DNA of 60,033 nt, counting the filler, from Catajapyx aquilonaris (lineage: Eukaryota): NCBI GenBank assembly GCA_000934665.2. It is 2 parts of 2 records of this genome, joined end to end, with 100 filler letters (N's around TTAATTAATTAA, not from the genome) between each part and the next. Parts side by side here need not be neighbours in the genome. Positions count along the whole stretch, not along the records: positions 30,130 to 60,033 come from JYFJ02004719.1; 1 more part is not named here. The stretch is one strand, 5' to 3'. The first letter of the stretch is position 1, and each line of letters begins with the position of its first letter. The notes under the pieces were generated by a model, which did not search any database, was not told the DNA's origin, and worked only from the letters and a program-made list of their open reading frames with translations. Shown here piece after piece: positions 38,537 to 51,100 of this stretch. The translations under genes were made by a program, and so were the position numbers.

Positions 38537-41500
38537 CCCTGTATAGCGGGATAAATATGTACAGGGAATGAAGGGAATCGTTAATAATAATAATAGAGAA
38601 TATTTCGTATTATTTGTCATCAAAAATTCGATCTTAACGGTTGATTACGTTTGTATGAGTTGTTTTTGAAGGTGAAATTCTATTATGGCCAAAGTAGTAG
38701 TCTATTCCACAGCCAGTCTTCCTCTTTAGCCGGAGGTCCTGTTGTCGCTCGATGTCCTCTTTCTCCAGCTTGTGAGGTCAACAGCTATTATAGACTGTCA
38801 TCCTCCTTTGTTCTAGGATTCCATGGAATGCCACAATCATACCGTGTTGCTGCCTTCTTTCTGATGGATCCATCTGATGCAGGCCATAGTGTTTTCCAGC
38901 TCCGTGCTGAAGACATCATTTTCCGCTGCAGATGTTGCCTTCATGACTCGAAATGCTGGGAACTATCTTGTCTTCCGTTTGTCTTCACCAGCGGGCAAAT
39001 AACATTACGAGGTAAATGCCTTTGGTGAAATATTATGTTGTATAGGAGACCCTAGCGGGTAAATGTTAGTGCCATTCACATAACCTATAAATAAATAGTA
39101 CGGATACATGAACTAGTGGTAATTGAAGTGACATAAATATGTTACCAAGTGGTGATAATAATTTGATGTCGATGATTACTTCCTAAGGTTGTTTGCTCCT
39201 ATAATAGTTTAATTGTGCACTGTATCAGGAAGCCCGTGTTTTATAACCTGACATTTGTCGTGTTGTCTTTTATTCGTGATGTCTAAAATCAATATTGGGA
39301 GGTCTTTTGGTGCCCTCTCCACAACCTCTGCAGCTGTACTTGTACGAGTAGCTGTTGGCGTTTTAGGGCGAGGCTGGGATCTAACTGTAACTGATTGGAG
39401 AGTGCTTGGTCAGTCTCAAAGTCGCACAAGTGGATGGTCCCTATAGGCAGGTTTTGTCATTACGCAGAAAGTCACTATAGAGAATGATTTGTGGTAGGTG
39501 GAAGTAATGACTGAACGTGTCCCGGCTCTAGAACAAATCTAATTAGATTTGCCAATATTCAGCATATCTTATGTTTGTTATTAGCCTACTGTTTCCATTG
39601 GTTGCAGGAAGAAATCGGTCGGCTTCATTACCTTTGTGCCTTTATTCCGTAACGGTATTGCAATTCAAGTAGAGCTGAATATTGTAGTCATAATAAGCGG
39701 CCCACCGGCGGAGGGTGTTTTGGTACACCCTGGCCTTCTCAATACAACGTGATCATATAATACTGTATCTGATCTCATTAATTTCATGCGATTCAACAGC
39801 AATTTATGTTTTGTGCGCATTGCGATAGAGCATCCTATTTTGCGGCAGTGAATCTTTGGCGTAACACAAATGCAATGATGCAGACTCCTCACATCAAGCC
39901 GGCCATAACTCGACGGTCCTATGGAAGTGTTCAGAAAATTATCATAATTTGTTGGCCTGTGAGAGATGTGCAATTTCAAGGTCATTGCTCGTCACATGGA
40001 ACTTTTTCTCTGTACAATCTGTCGCGTTTGGCCATTGAACATTGTCGAAACCTTTTTGCTCGTCTGTGGTGGAGCCTTTTCCCCAATCTCAATGGGGTTT
40101 GTTTAATATGACGCTACGAATTATGTAACTTATTCATAATTTTCGTAAAATGTTGTGGATGGTGGCCAAGACTTGTGCCCATGAATTCAGTGATGTGAGA
40201 TCAAAGCACCAAACGCTGAACTACTACGACCGTTGTATAATCTTATTTGTCACATCATTATGTTGTCGGTCTTTGTCATCACGGTAGTACAGGTTGTCCT
40301 GCTTCTGTATCGGTTTGTTATGCTTCTGTGGAATGTGTGTGGCGAAGGTGTGAACGTCGCATATGTACGGGGGTGATTGGTTTGCTGAACGTGGCAGACT
40401 TCGTGCGAAATATCTTCATGTTACCTGCTTTGTGTGAATAAAATTTTCTGGTCGTCAAGTGTCCTGGGTTCATTTGCAGATTTGGCAGAAGTATGGCCTT
40501 TTTAGGATTATAATTAGTGACGTCAATAATAATTATATTCTGGGAAAATGGCGATGATCTGACTAATCATGAAGGTATAATAGCTTCTATCACTCGGTGA
40601 ATTAGAATAACCTCGCCTTATCAGTGTCATAGTTGTTCTATGACTTAGACTGGGCGTGCGAGCATACTTATATGGAATCCCGTGCCCTTGAATGACGCTG
40701 ACTTCTTATTCTGTAGGCATCTTACTTTGTCATATTTTATAAAGTGAGGGTCACTTCCTTTGCAGCCTTGTTTCGCAAGATGTAATGTAATTTATTCGTG
40801 CAAATGTTGTCGCAGAGCAAACTGAAGCGAAACTAAAATACGTGTGCCATTTTTCCGTGCCCATTATGTAGTTGTGTTTGGTTGGTCAGGTTTTCTGGTA
40901 TCGGCTAGATTACTGATTTGCAATTAGAAATACTGCACAACCGTTTGTACGCGGTAGATGTCGTGGGCCATAACTCGATGGTGCTCCATGGGTGTTCAGT
41001 TATTTTCTCACACTCTCTTCCGTCTGTGTAATGTGTGTCCTCCTTCCTTGCGGGCAATGGTTAGCCTCGTCGAATATTTTCCCCGCACAACCTGCCCTAT
41101 TTGGCCGTTGACCACATATTGTGCTTTGCAGGAATGGACCGTTACAAATAATATCAGCGTACAATATTCGTACATATGATGAAGGCTCAGAGTATCAATC
41201 TACCTGGGAGAAGAAAAGGAAATGATCGAATATTTTATTATATTGCAATTTATTTACGGCGCTCTACATCATTATTTAGGAGAAGCGACAGTGGGTCATC
41301 AACAAAAAATTAAGAAACAAGGCACCATTGATATAGAAAGAAATCTGAAATATGGAATATCTCCACTCTGAAGGGATCCGCTATGTCACGTCTTATGGAT
41401 TCATGAATTGGCTTTTTCCATTTGGCAATAATGATATTTCCTGCACTATTATGAAAAGCTTTGGCTTCCTGCAGAACGAATGTCTTATCTGCGAGCCAAG

Positions 41501-41635
41501 TGTCTCTTCGCCAGATTTAGACTTTGAACTTTTTTTGACGCAAAATTTCGGCATCATGATATTGTGCAAGGTAATTATGTAAGAAATTTGAAACTCGGTC
41601 TGTGGAGCAATCCTCTTTCACAGGACTCTCTTTCA

Positions 41636-41783
41636 CGGACAGGTCTTTGGGATAGGAGACAGACTAAGAGAGATGCCAGTCTTTCCTCTTTTTTTCCCCC
41701 TCTTCGTTTCTCTCTCCCATCTGTCCCACCTTTAAATCTTCTATAGCCAGATAGCCACAGTTTCTCTTCCTAATAAACCAAAC
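41636..41783 (+). mobile_element. 5'-truncated copy of the 37621-37888 retroelement
   Basis: Aligns to 37730-37888 (cggacaggtctttgggataggagacagactaagagagatgccagtctttcctct ... aataaaccaaac). Flanked by CAATCCT at 41608-41614 and 41784-41790. Confidence 0.85.
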
Positions 41784-44700
41784 CAATCCTGTTTGGGATG
41801 GGGATAATAATAATAGTGTCTTATATTTGTCATTAAAAATCCAATCTTACCGGTTGATTTTTGTTCGTATGCTTTGTTTTTGAAGGTGCTCATTCCATTC
41901 TGATCAGAGTAGGTATCTTCCCGTCCGGTAGTAGGCTATTTTTCATCCACTGCGTTGGTGGTGTATAATATTCCCATCAGTACTGCATGTCAGTTCGTAC
42001 TATTTGTAGACGTACATGAGTAACATGCAGAATATGCATTAATTTGCCAGTGTATTTTCTCTTTGTCAACCTGTGTCAAAGTGGCCATTAATTTAGACTA
42101 TTCATCTTTCTTCCCTGCTGGACACGTCTAGTGAATTTTACACATTACGATATTCGTGGTGTGTCCTGTCAGGAATCCTCAGCTTCAAACGAGACCCATT
42201 CCACTTATAGTGTGGCATGTAAACATGTGGTCAACTAGTATAAACCAGTACAGTGCAATGTTCCTCTGGCATAAATGATATTTAAAAAGGGCGAAAGTCG
42301 CAAAATGCACTCACAATACCGACATACCCACCGCGCCTGTCATAAGTCGATAATGCTCTGGAAGTGTTCAGCAATTATTATTATTCATCATAATTTCTTA
42401 GCCTGTGAGAGGTGCACTTTCAAGGTAATTGCTCGTCATGTCGAACTTTACTCCGTTCAATCTGTCGCGTGTGACCATTGATCAAACCTCTTTGCTCGTC
42501 TGTGGTGGATATTATGGGCTACTGTAATATGACGCTATGAATAATTATTATACTGTATACTCGTATGATTGTATTGTCAGTTGCATGCATGTAAACCTCA
42601 ACTAAATTAGGTTTGGTGAGATAAGCCAGGAAAAATAGTCATCACTGCAAATGGGGTTCTTGGCTGCAGTCATACATCCTCATCCTTCCATCTGTAAGTT
42701 ATTTGTATCCTGGTAGCATAAATTATATGAAGTTGTTTTGTGTATGTACTTCTGTGTATGTAATTTGGACCAATAGCCGTCCTCAGTAGAGTCGCTCACT
42801 TGCTCGACCTTCCTGCTATGACGCCATTCAGGTGATTCTCTGCCTTCAGAATGACATTTTGGTCATGGCACTTCTAAGTGATACATTATAATAATATGAC
42901 TCCTTTCCATTCATGGGGTACAATATAACATGGCTAGCCATTGCACTACTACAACTTGAAGGAACCTTTTTATTAATAACAACTGCATACCAACCGCTCA
43001 TTCTTCAACAATTCGCAACGTTAGGACAATGCAGCAATGCATCCCATTACATTCTGCAGGTACTGTTACTACTGTACCTCATTTCACGCTCAGGCGTAGT
43101 ATGTATGTGTATCATCGTTCTGGCGGTGGCATTCTGGCGCTGGCTCAAGGGAAAGAGCCTCGCACCTCGCCCAGTACAAGTACAGAGAACATTAGTTAGT
43201 ATGCGTTGCGGGTGTCAGTGCGAATGATGAGTTGACAAGCATCACTTTGCTGGGTTGAATTAAGTCCTTGGCTAGGTCGCCGCATGGTGGGGTCGGGGAG
43301 GAAGTCCACATGAGCGACTTTATATCTGCATTGTTCAAAGGAAGATTATGTTTTTGTTTAGTCTAAAAAACACTGCTGGGTTTTGTACTGTCATTAATGT
43401 CGAAGAGATTAATTTTGATTTAATGTACATATACATGTACATGTTACAGATTTAATGGGGCCGAATGTGTCTTTTTCCTGGGCTGGTGAGCGTGTAAAGT
43501 CCGTGTGTGACCTTTTTAAAGTTGTTCTCCAGGGCCCACCCAAAGTGCTGCGTGAATAAATACATATTGACTATTTTAAGTAGCCAATTCCTACTTGCGA
43601 CTGTTACTTGGCTTATTGTATTCAGTTTTCTCAAAATAGCCAATTCTCGTTGGGGCAGACATGTGTCTGGTTTATCAGCCAAGTAGTTTGATCTATTGTC
43701 AATATCCGTCTCAATCCGTTTTCCAGAAGCTGCAGTTCTCGTGGGATGGACCATCAAGAGGACCAGTCTCATCTATAAGTGATTTTCTGGGAGAGTTTCT
43801 GGGAATACATCCATCAAACGAATATTTCAATGATAATGATTTGTGTCTCGTTTGTGAGATTTCATAGTTTCAATTGAATAGTCGTCAGCTGCTTTGGGTA
43901 TTAAAACTCTAGATGACTGCCTGATGCCAGGCGCTTTCATGTTAGATTGGTGATGTTAGTATACTTCTGTGCAACCTTTATTTACCTGGAAGGCATTCCC
44001 CCCAAAAATAGTGGCAAGACATTTCTTCTTTATAAACTGGTTTAAATTCTGCCAGCTTTTTTGTATATGAGTTTATACCATATAGGAAGGATACATATTC
44101 TAGGTGCTTTGGTTGTCTATCAGCCAATAATTATACTTGTAGCCCTTGGATAGGTCGCCTTATGGTCTAGTCTTTGAGGAAGTCCCTCTTGAGAGACTTG
44201 ATGTAGCTGTCTGTATTGTTCAAAGGAAGAGGTCATATTCTCCCTTTGTTTAGTCTATAATACAATGATACATTGCTAGATTTTGTACAAATAGATTTAT
44301 TTGGATATGTACTGTACAAAATATGAATTGCAAATCTTGGAGATCCATTAGCTGCTTCTTGCATGTTGTAAGTGAAACAGGAATGGGTTGTATATCATAA
44401 CTTCGTATAAGGTGTGTTGTGCTTATTCGTTACACAGTGCAGTCTCTATGAAATGACCCCTTAACCATATTGTCTTCAACTTGATGTGTTGGTAATAATA
44501 ACAATAAACCATCCTTTCAAGTTATAGGCATGTGGTGTTTTCAATACCACAACTGTAGGAGTGATCATCACAACGTGATCTTATGATTTCTGATCTCATT
44601 ATATTCCTGCCATTCAAATGCAATTTACGTTGCACTTAATCCAGTTCGAACTACGCTACAATATACAGTATTATCGTACCCTGTTTGACAATGGGCATTT

Positions 44701-45825
44701 ACGTAAATAACGGAACACATCGTGCACCTACCTACTCGTCATTATTTACATGTCGTGGTTGCTACTTGGGGCCTGTCACCTGTAATGATGAGAATGCCGT
44801 CGCTCTCTGCAATACACGGTTATATCAGTTTGTAGAGGATGTTGGTTGATATATGAAATCCAAACACCCAGTAGCATGCTGCGAATAATAGTGCCCTACC
44901 TAGTGTCGATTATTGTAGGATAATTGTAAGCCTCTGCCTGCAGTTATACCGCTTGGTTATGTATAGGTGATGGTGCATGGTAGTGACTAAAGGTGCTACT
45001 TTTCAGACTGTCATTCAGTAATGTAACTTATTCATAATTTTCGTAAAATTTTGTGGATGCTGGCCAAGACTTGTGTCCTTGAATTTAGTGATGTGAGATC
45101 AATGCACCAAACTCGCAATTATACTACTACCGTTGTGTTACCATGTTGAAATATCTCGCATAGTCGCATTATTTAACCTTCGCAGGTTGTTGTCCTGCTT
45201 CCCTTTCGGTTGGTTATGTTCTGGAAGATGTCTGTGGCGAAGGTGTGAACGTCGCATATGTACGAGGGGTCTGCTGAATTTGGCACAGAGACCTATACCA
45301 TATGTGGCAGTGCTTCATGCCAAATATCTTCATGTTACCGGCCTAGTGTGGATAAATTTTTATCGTCGTCAAGTGTCCTGGGTGTAAATGTGCAGATTTG
45401 GAAGAAGTATGGCTTTTTTAGGATCATAATTAGTGTGACGTCAATAATAATTATATCCCGGGAAAATGGCAATGATTTGACTAATCATAAAGGTATAATA
45501 GCTTATCATAATAGTTTTTGTCTTGGCTGCAGTGAGTGTGAAGGAAACATTTCTGCTCCTGCAGGCATCCTCTGTCTCACAGCTTACAGCTTCGATGGAA
45601 TAGTCGTCAGCTGCTTGGGATCAGTTTCATGATTATGTATTGTATGCCAGGCGCTTTCATGCAACCTTTCCTGTTCATCAGTTAGATTGGTGATGTGGAG
45701 TAGACTTCTGTGCAACCTTTATTTGGCTGCTGTCCTGGAAGGCATTCCCCAAATAGTGTCTGTCTTCTTTATCAACTGGTTTAAATTCTTCCAGATTTTT
45801 TTTTTTTTGTATAGGAGTTTATACT

Positions 45826-45916
45826 TATTCGGAATTTATTTGACCGACCATGCCCATAAGGCCCAACAGCCAATTCATTCAACATTAACATAATTAATAC
45901 AAAGTAAAAACATCCA
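45826..45916 (-). mobile_element. 91-bp severely 5'-truncated retro-insertion
   Basis: 11-bp TSD GAGTTTATACT (45815-45825, 45917-45927), with AATAAA near the 3' end on -. The paralogous blocks at about 35930 and 44065 lack the insert. Confidence 0.65.
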
Positions 45917-47236
45917 GAGTTTATACTGTAGGAAGGATCCATATTCCAGGTGCGTTGGTTGTCAGATTGCCAGTAACATCAGCTAATATTTATAGATGTT
46001 CATAAGTAATATGCGGTCTCAAAAGTGTGTCCAGTGTATCATAAGTACTGGATACGGCCTGCTACGGATATCATCACTATGGTTGTCGTCGTAGCTTGCC
46101 AGCTTGTTGCATTACGTTCTGGTTGTTGCATTTCACGCTTGTTTGCAGGCCCATTCTGCCTGTTTTGGGTTTTTGCTGGGTATTTAACTTTTGCTTCATG
46201 TCGTTTACGCCACCCTTTGATAGGCATGTTGAATTGGCTCCTAGTTTAACAATTATTGGGTCTTAGCCCTGTAATATTATAAAGTATGTAGTGAGGTGAC
46301 TAATAGGCTGCAGCTTGGTTATGAATAGTTTTGAGCAAAAATATATATATACAGTATATGCATTTTTAACAGTTTTTAGTTTTTTGCGGCATTTTGACGA
46401 GGAATTTGGCATACCGTATGTTGTGTATATGGCAGGAATACACCTCGCATACATACATCATTTATCATGTACAGCTTATAGATATACGATGAGCTGTTGC
46501 CAACTCCTACAAATTACGCAAGTTTTTCTTGTATCGTGGTAGAATATTCATCCTCAGGCCAGCCACTTATTTGTGCCCGTCCTTATGAGCCACATATATA
46601 TGCGGTGGCATTTTGGGCGTGAAATTGTTGAGCTCCAAGTAATAAGTAATAAGGCAACGGCTTTTTGATACCCGGTTTCATGAAATATTGCACTATCGTC
46701 TTAGTCTTCATGAAATAAGTTGACTCTACATATCACATACTGCTGTCCTGATTTTTAAAAAAAATCATGCAGTGTTTTTTTGTGGAAAATATGTTCACGT
46801 TACGCGGGTGGAAAGGATAGCTAACTTGGTTCAGGTAGAACATGAATCCATGCATATGTCGGTAGTCATTATTATCATTGCTGGTTTGTAGGGGCGTAGT
46901 TTTAATACTGTTGTGCCTATAAATTTCAAAGCTGCAATATATTCAACTACGAAAATTGATCATTCTGCCGAAAATGTGAAATAGATTGCAGTTCACAAGT
47001 GACTCACTCTTTCACCTTACGCATCCATTTCAATGGTAAAGGCAAAATCGATGCCTGCTGCATTTCCGTCCCTATGCCCCTAATCATGTCCGAGAATGAG
47101 GGTTGTAGGTGCAGGACCGAAACGCGTAAACCATATTGGAGCATTATTTTGTGTGTACGTTGCTGCCCTTGGTTTATATCACTTGACCGTCAGGTATAGT
47201 TTAATGAAATGGCGTAGTGCTGCGTGCTCATAATAC

Positions 47237-48191
47237 TTTTTTATTTTATTTATTTTATTTTCATTACCCCAGAAGGGCTTTATGCAGCCATATGGGGGAG
47301 ACAAGTCCAGTAGACACATATATTCAAACTGGGGTAGATATGATTTTACAGTAGGTTTATACGGTTGTTTACATTGTGCAGAAAATTTTGTAAGTTATAG
47401 TAGTTGACACCCGCTACATTGCTGTAAGTTTTGGCTTGGGGCTGGCGGGAAAGAATACAGAAACAAAAACCGGGGCGTGGAAAAAAAACGGGCATTCGTA
47501 AATAATATGGTAAAGAACAAAAGATACGTGAAAGTTAGAAAACGTACAGTCCTGATCTGCAGTGATCGCTATATAGTTTGGGCCAGTCTTTATATAAGTG
47601 GAAGCGTTTTTAAGTCGAACAATAGAAAGCGGAAGTTTGGTGGACAAATATGTAGAATTATTTTCACCATTGCAGTAAACGGGCTTATAATCCAGATACC
47701 TTGTTGTTCGTTGTAACTTTTCATAGGTAGTCGTTCAGTCAGAATATTTTTTAGACAGCTGGTTATATCAATGAAGTCATGGGTATCGAGGGTTTCATTC
47801 ACCAAAGACAATTGCCTCTGAACATATACCGGCCAAGAGATTCTCTTGTTATAAGCTACCGTTAAAATTAAGTTTCTGTTCCAAGCTGTGTTCAGAAGCG
47901 ATTGACTTGGTGCACACTTTATCTTTCTAAGGTATCCCACAAGCAATTTCGTCAATATGACTTGGAGTGGTTCGACTTTGATTTCCAGTCGTATAAAATA
48001 TCCCGCAGTTGTTTTCGGTAGCCCCCCCCCAAAAAAAAGAGGAAAAAATTTAAAATTGTCTCTATTTCATCGTAGTAGCCAAGTGCCCAGATCGGAGAAG
48101 CATACGAAATCATTGGTACAATTTTTGAGTAATAAAGCTTTAAGGCAAGTTTCTGGTCAGTGATTTTGAACTTCGGCAATATGGGCCCGAG
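47237..48191 (-). mobile_element. 5'-truncated, degenerate non-LTR retrotransposon (LINE ORF2 C-terminus and 3'UTR; RTE-X-like)
   Basis: 16-bp TSD TGCGTGCTCATAATAC (47221-47236, 48192-48207) and an (AAAAT)n-like tail. Frameshifted peptides KLYYSKIVPMISYASPIWA...EIETILNFF, LPKTTAGYFIRLE and IKTG...CTFSN...HIIYECPFF match the post-RT region and a decayed CCHC knuckle. Confidence 0.85.
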
Positions 48192-51100
48192 TGCGTGCTC
48201 ATAATACGCGACGAAGTGGTGCTACTGCTGGTTGGTATGTGTTTTTAGGACGGATATTCACCTTTTCCTGCTGGCCTTTCACAATTTTAATTACCTGCAA
48301 TTATTACACATCATTCACGTGTCTCTCAATTAAGATATTGATGATAATGGTGCTTGTGATATGTTCACATCATGTGGCGGAGGACATATGGTCAGTAAGA
48401 AGTCCTCACCGTTCGTAGTGGCAGTGATGTGTTAGCAATACTTCGTGAACCAGAAGAAGTGGCGCACGTTCTGGATGTTGGAACGTATGAACTCACGTAA
48501 TTAATATCTAACGGTTCCACTCATTATGTGTACAAGTGATTTCTCATTGACGTTGCCACGTCAAGGTATATTGGCATGGGCTGACGAAGGCCACCCTGAC
48601 CGCACAGTTGAAGCATTCAAATTTCATCTGCTTAACGGTTGATTTTCGCTCGCTCGTGTGATTTTGAAGATGGTCATTCCATTCTGACGTACGTGTCATC
48701 TTCCCTTCCGGTATAGTAGGATATTTCACAGCTCGAGTTCCGGTCTCCGGTTTCGGACTCTCTTGACTTATTTTCTTTTAAGTTGATTTCGCACTACTGT
48801 TGTTACAGTACGTCGAGTTACGAGGTTTCTCTTAACCTTCATTTATATTTTGTATTCTCTTACCTTAGTAAGAAGTGTAAATCTGGTGCGAGTTAGTGAT
48901 CATGTGTTATGTACACTACGTTAATGAAGTACAGCTTATGACGATTTCCAGGTTGCTGGAAGTATAAGTGTGTTATATTGGGTATTCATGGTTCCTTTTG
49001 CAGGAAGTTATTCAGTTCATTTCACCACAAGTCGTCAGCTGGGGCAAACCCCTTTTTGATTTTGTTCATCCGAACCCTCTATCCACTGAGTCTATTTCTT
49101 TGCCCTTGAGTTGGATTCACCAAGTGTTGAACTTCTCGGACTCGGACAGTAAGATTGAAGAACGGTGGTTATCGATTTCGTTAATTTCTTTGAAATATTC
49201 TTGTGTTATATTATTTTATGTGAAGTACTGGCATTGAATAAGGTGCTGTTTGTGAAGGTTTATTTTTGGTTCATTGGTATTATTTGATGATGTCAATTAA
49301 AGAATGTATATAACTTTTATCAATACATTTGTTTAACTCTTAATTCAATCCGCTGTTCATTCATTTGAGAACCCTTTTTACACTGTGCGATTTTACGCCG
49401 TGTGACAAGACTGTCATAATCGCTGACACTTATTGTCACGCTCGACTGATTGTCGCAATTAGACAGATCATCCTGACAATTATTGCACGATGAAGCAAAG
49501 TAAAGATGACGAAGCTGAGAGTATCGATTTATTGGCCCCACAACTTTTCATCCCTTCCCATACTGTGACGTGTGTGCATCATAGTGCATGCAAGATAGTG
49601 ACAAGGTTACCGTAAGTGTACTGACCTCGTCTCTAGCCTTATCACTCGTGGCAGCCATGTTATGTGCGGTGCTGCTGTGTCTACTTCATCCACGAGCTGG
49701 ACTGGTTCTGGTGTCGTCCGCCTGAAAATGTTGTGGTCCTCTTGTTCTTTCCCACCATCAAGATACAGCGTTATGCCATCTCCATTCGACCAGGTCCCCT
49801 TCGCATGTCGAGGTAAAAAAATAAGATTTCTGCCGACTTGTGCTGCATAAGCAGGAAAAATATAGAAGTACAGTCAGAGAAGAGTAAGCCCAAGCCCCTT
49901 ACCTCACCTCACCGCAGCTGCTATTTTCCTAAAGAAGACACGTTGTATTTTATGGATGTAGTCTTATATTCTACTGCCTGTGCAGCGGATTGGCTGATTC
50001 GAATTTGAATTGATAAGCCATGTGTACAAGATGTATATGTGTATGATCTGCTACAATATATACCGCACGGCCAATAAACGGGGTAGTTGATGGTGGCTGT
50101 GAATACAGAGTAGGCACATCGCATTTGTGGGATGAGGGACGGAGACCCAAGTCTATGTCCCCTTTCTAAATGTTTCATAAGGGACTGTTTCGCATCCGAC
50201 CAGGAGTGGCACTTATATTTGTTACCACAGCCAGCGTTAAAGAACCAAAGTACAAATCCACTAGCTGCTCTGCTTCGTATAATGCAGGGAAGATTTAAAG
50301 TTTCTTCTCTTTTTTTGGTCACTCGTTATAAAGAGAGTTTTAATTCATGTGTACTTTGCATGAAAACATTTGCTCATAAAATATTTGCTATTCTTTTTCG
50401 TTCTAATCTGGCGCATTCATTACGCGAAAACAATCAGCTAATTTGAGCCAGGCCAAGTTGCTTCGCCAAGTTATGAAATGTCTCTATGTGCACCTCTTCA
50501 CTGGGAAATTGATTACTTCTGAATTGGATGGTTTTTTACTTGCAAGAGTGGTTTGATCGTGGACAGCAGGATTACTATTGCGGAGTGGATATGTCAGTTC
50601 ATTTATGACGTCTCTTCTCTACTACCCCAATGGTTGTGCTTTGAGTACCGAGTTTGTAATAGCACATACGACTTGATGTTTATCTCCAAATGTGAGCCTC
50701 TCTCCTTTGAATTACATATGAGTGTTTCTGAACCTCTTGAAGGAGAGATGGAATAGTGCTAGTACTTTTCGCAAGGCGTATTTTGGACATATAAACGTCC
50801 TGGTTTCTATGAGTGCGGCACAAGGCCACTACTGCCATCCGAAGTATTGTCTGGCCGAGTCCGCCCTCCCGTAACTTCTGTTTTGCCTCGTCCTCGCCCA
50901 CCTCCTCCGCCGCTGTATTGTATTTCAGGAAAATGGCGATGATCTGGTCATCTAGCCAATATAATAATAGTGATTGTAATTGATTGTAATAGTAAATACT
51001 GTGTAAGTCTCATTTTCATTGGGGCACAATATACCATGGTTAATAAGCATTGCAATACTATAAGTTGAAGGAACATTTTCATTAATAACTGTATACCAAC

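Noticed and set aside
43452..43772. ORF with slight resemblance to a LINE endonuclease strand (LKIVNMY), duplicated near 51570
   Set aside because: No catalytic motifs (GDFN, SDH) are visible. It is counted only as part of the mosaic repeats.
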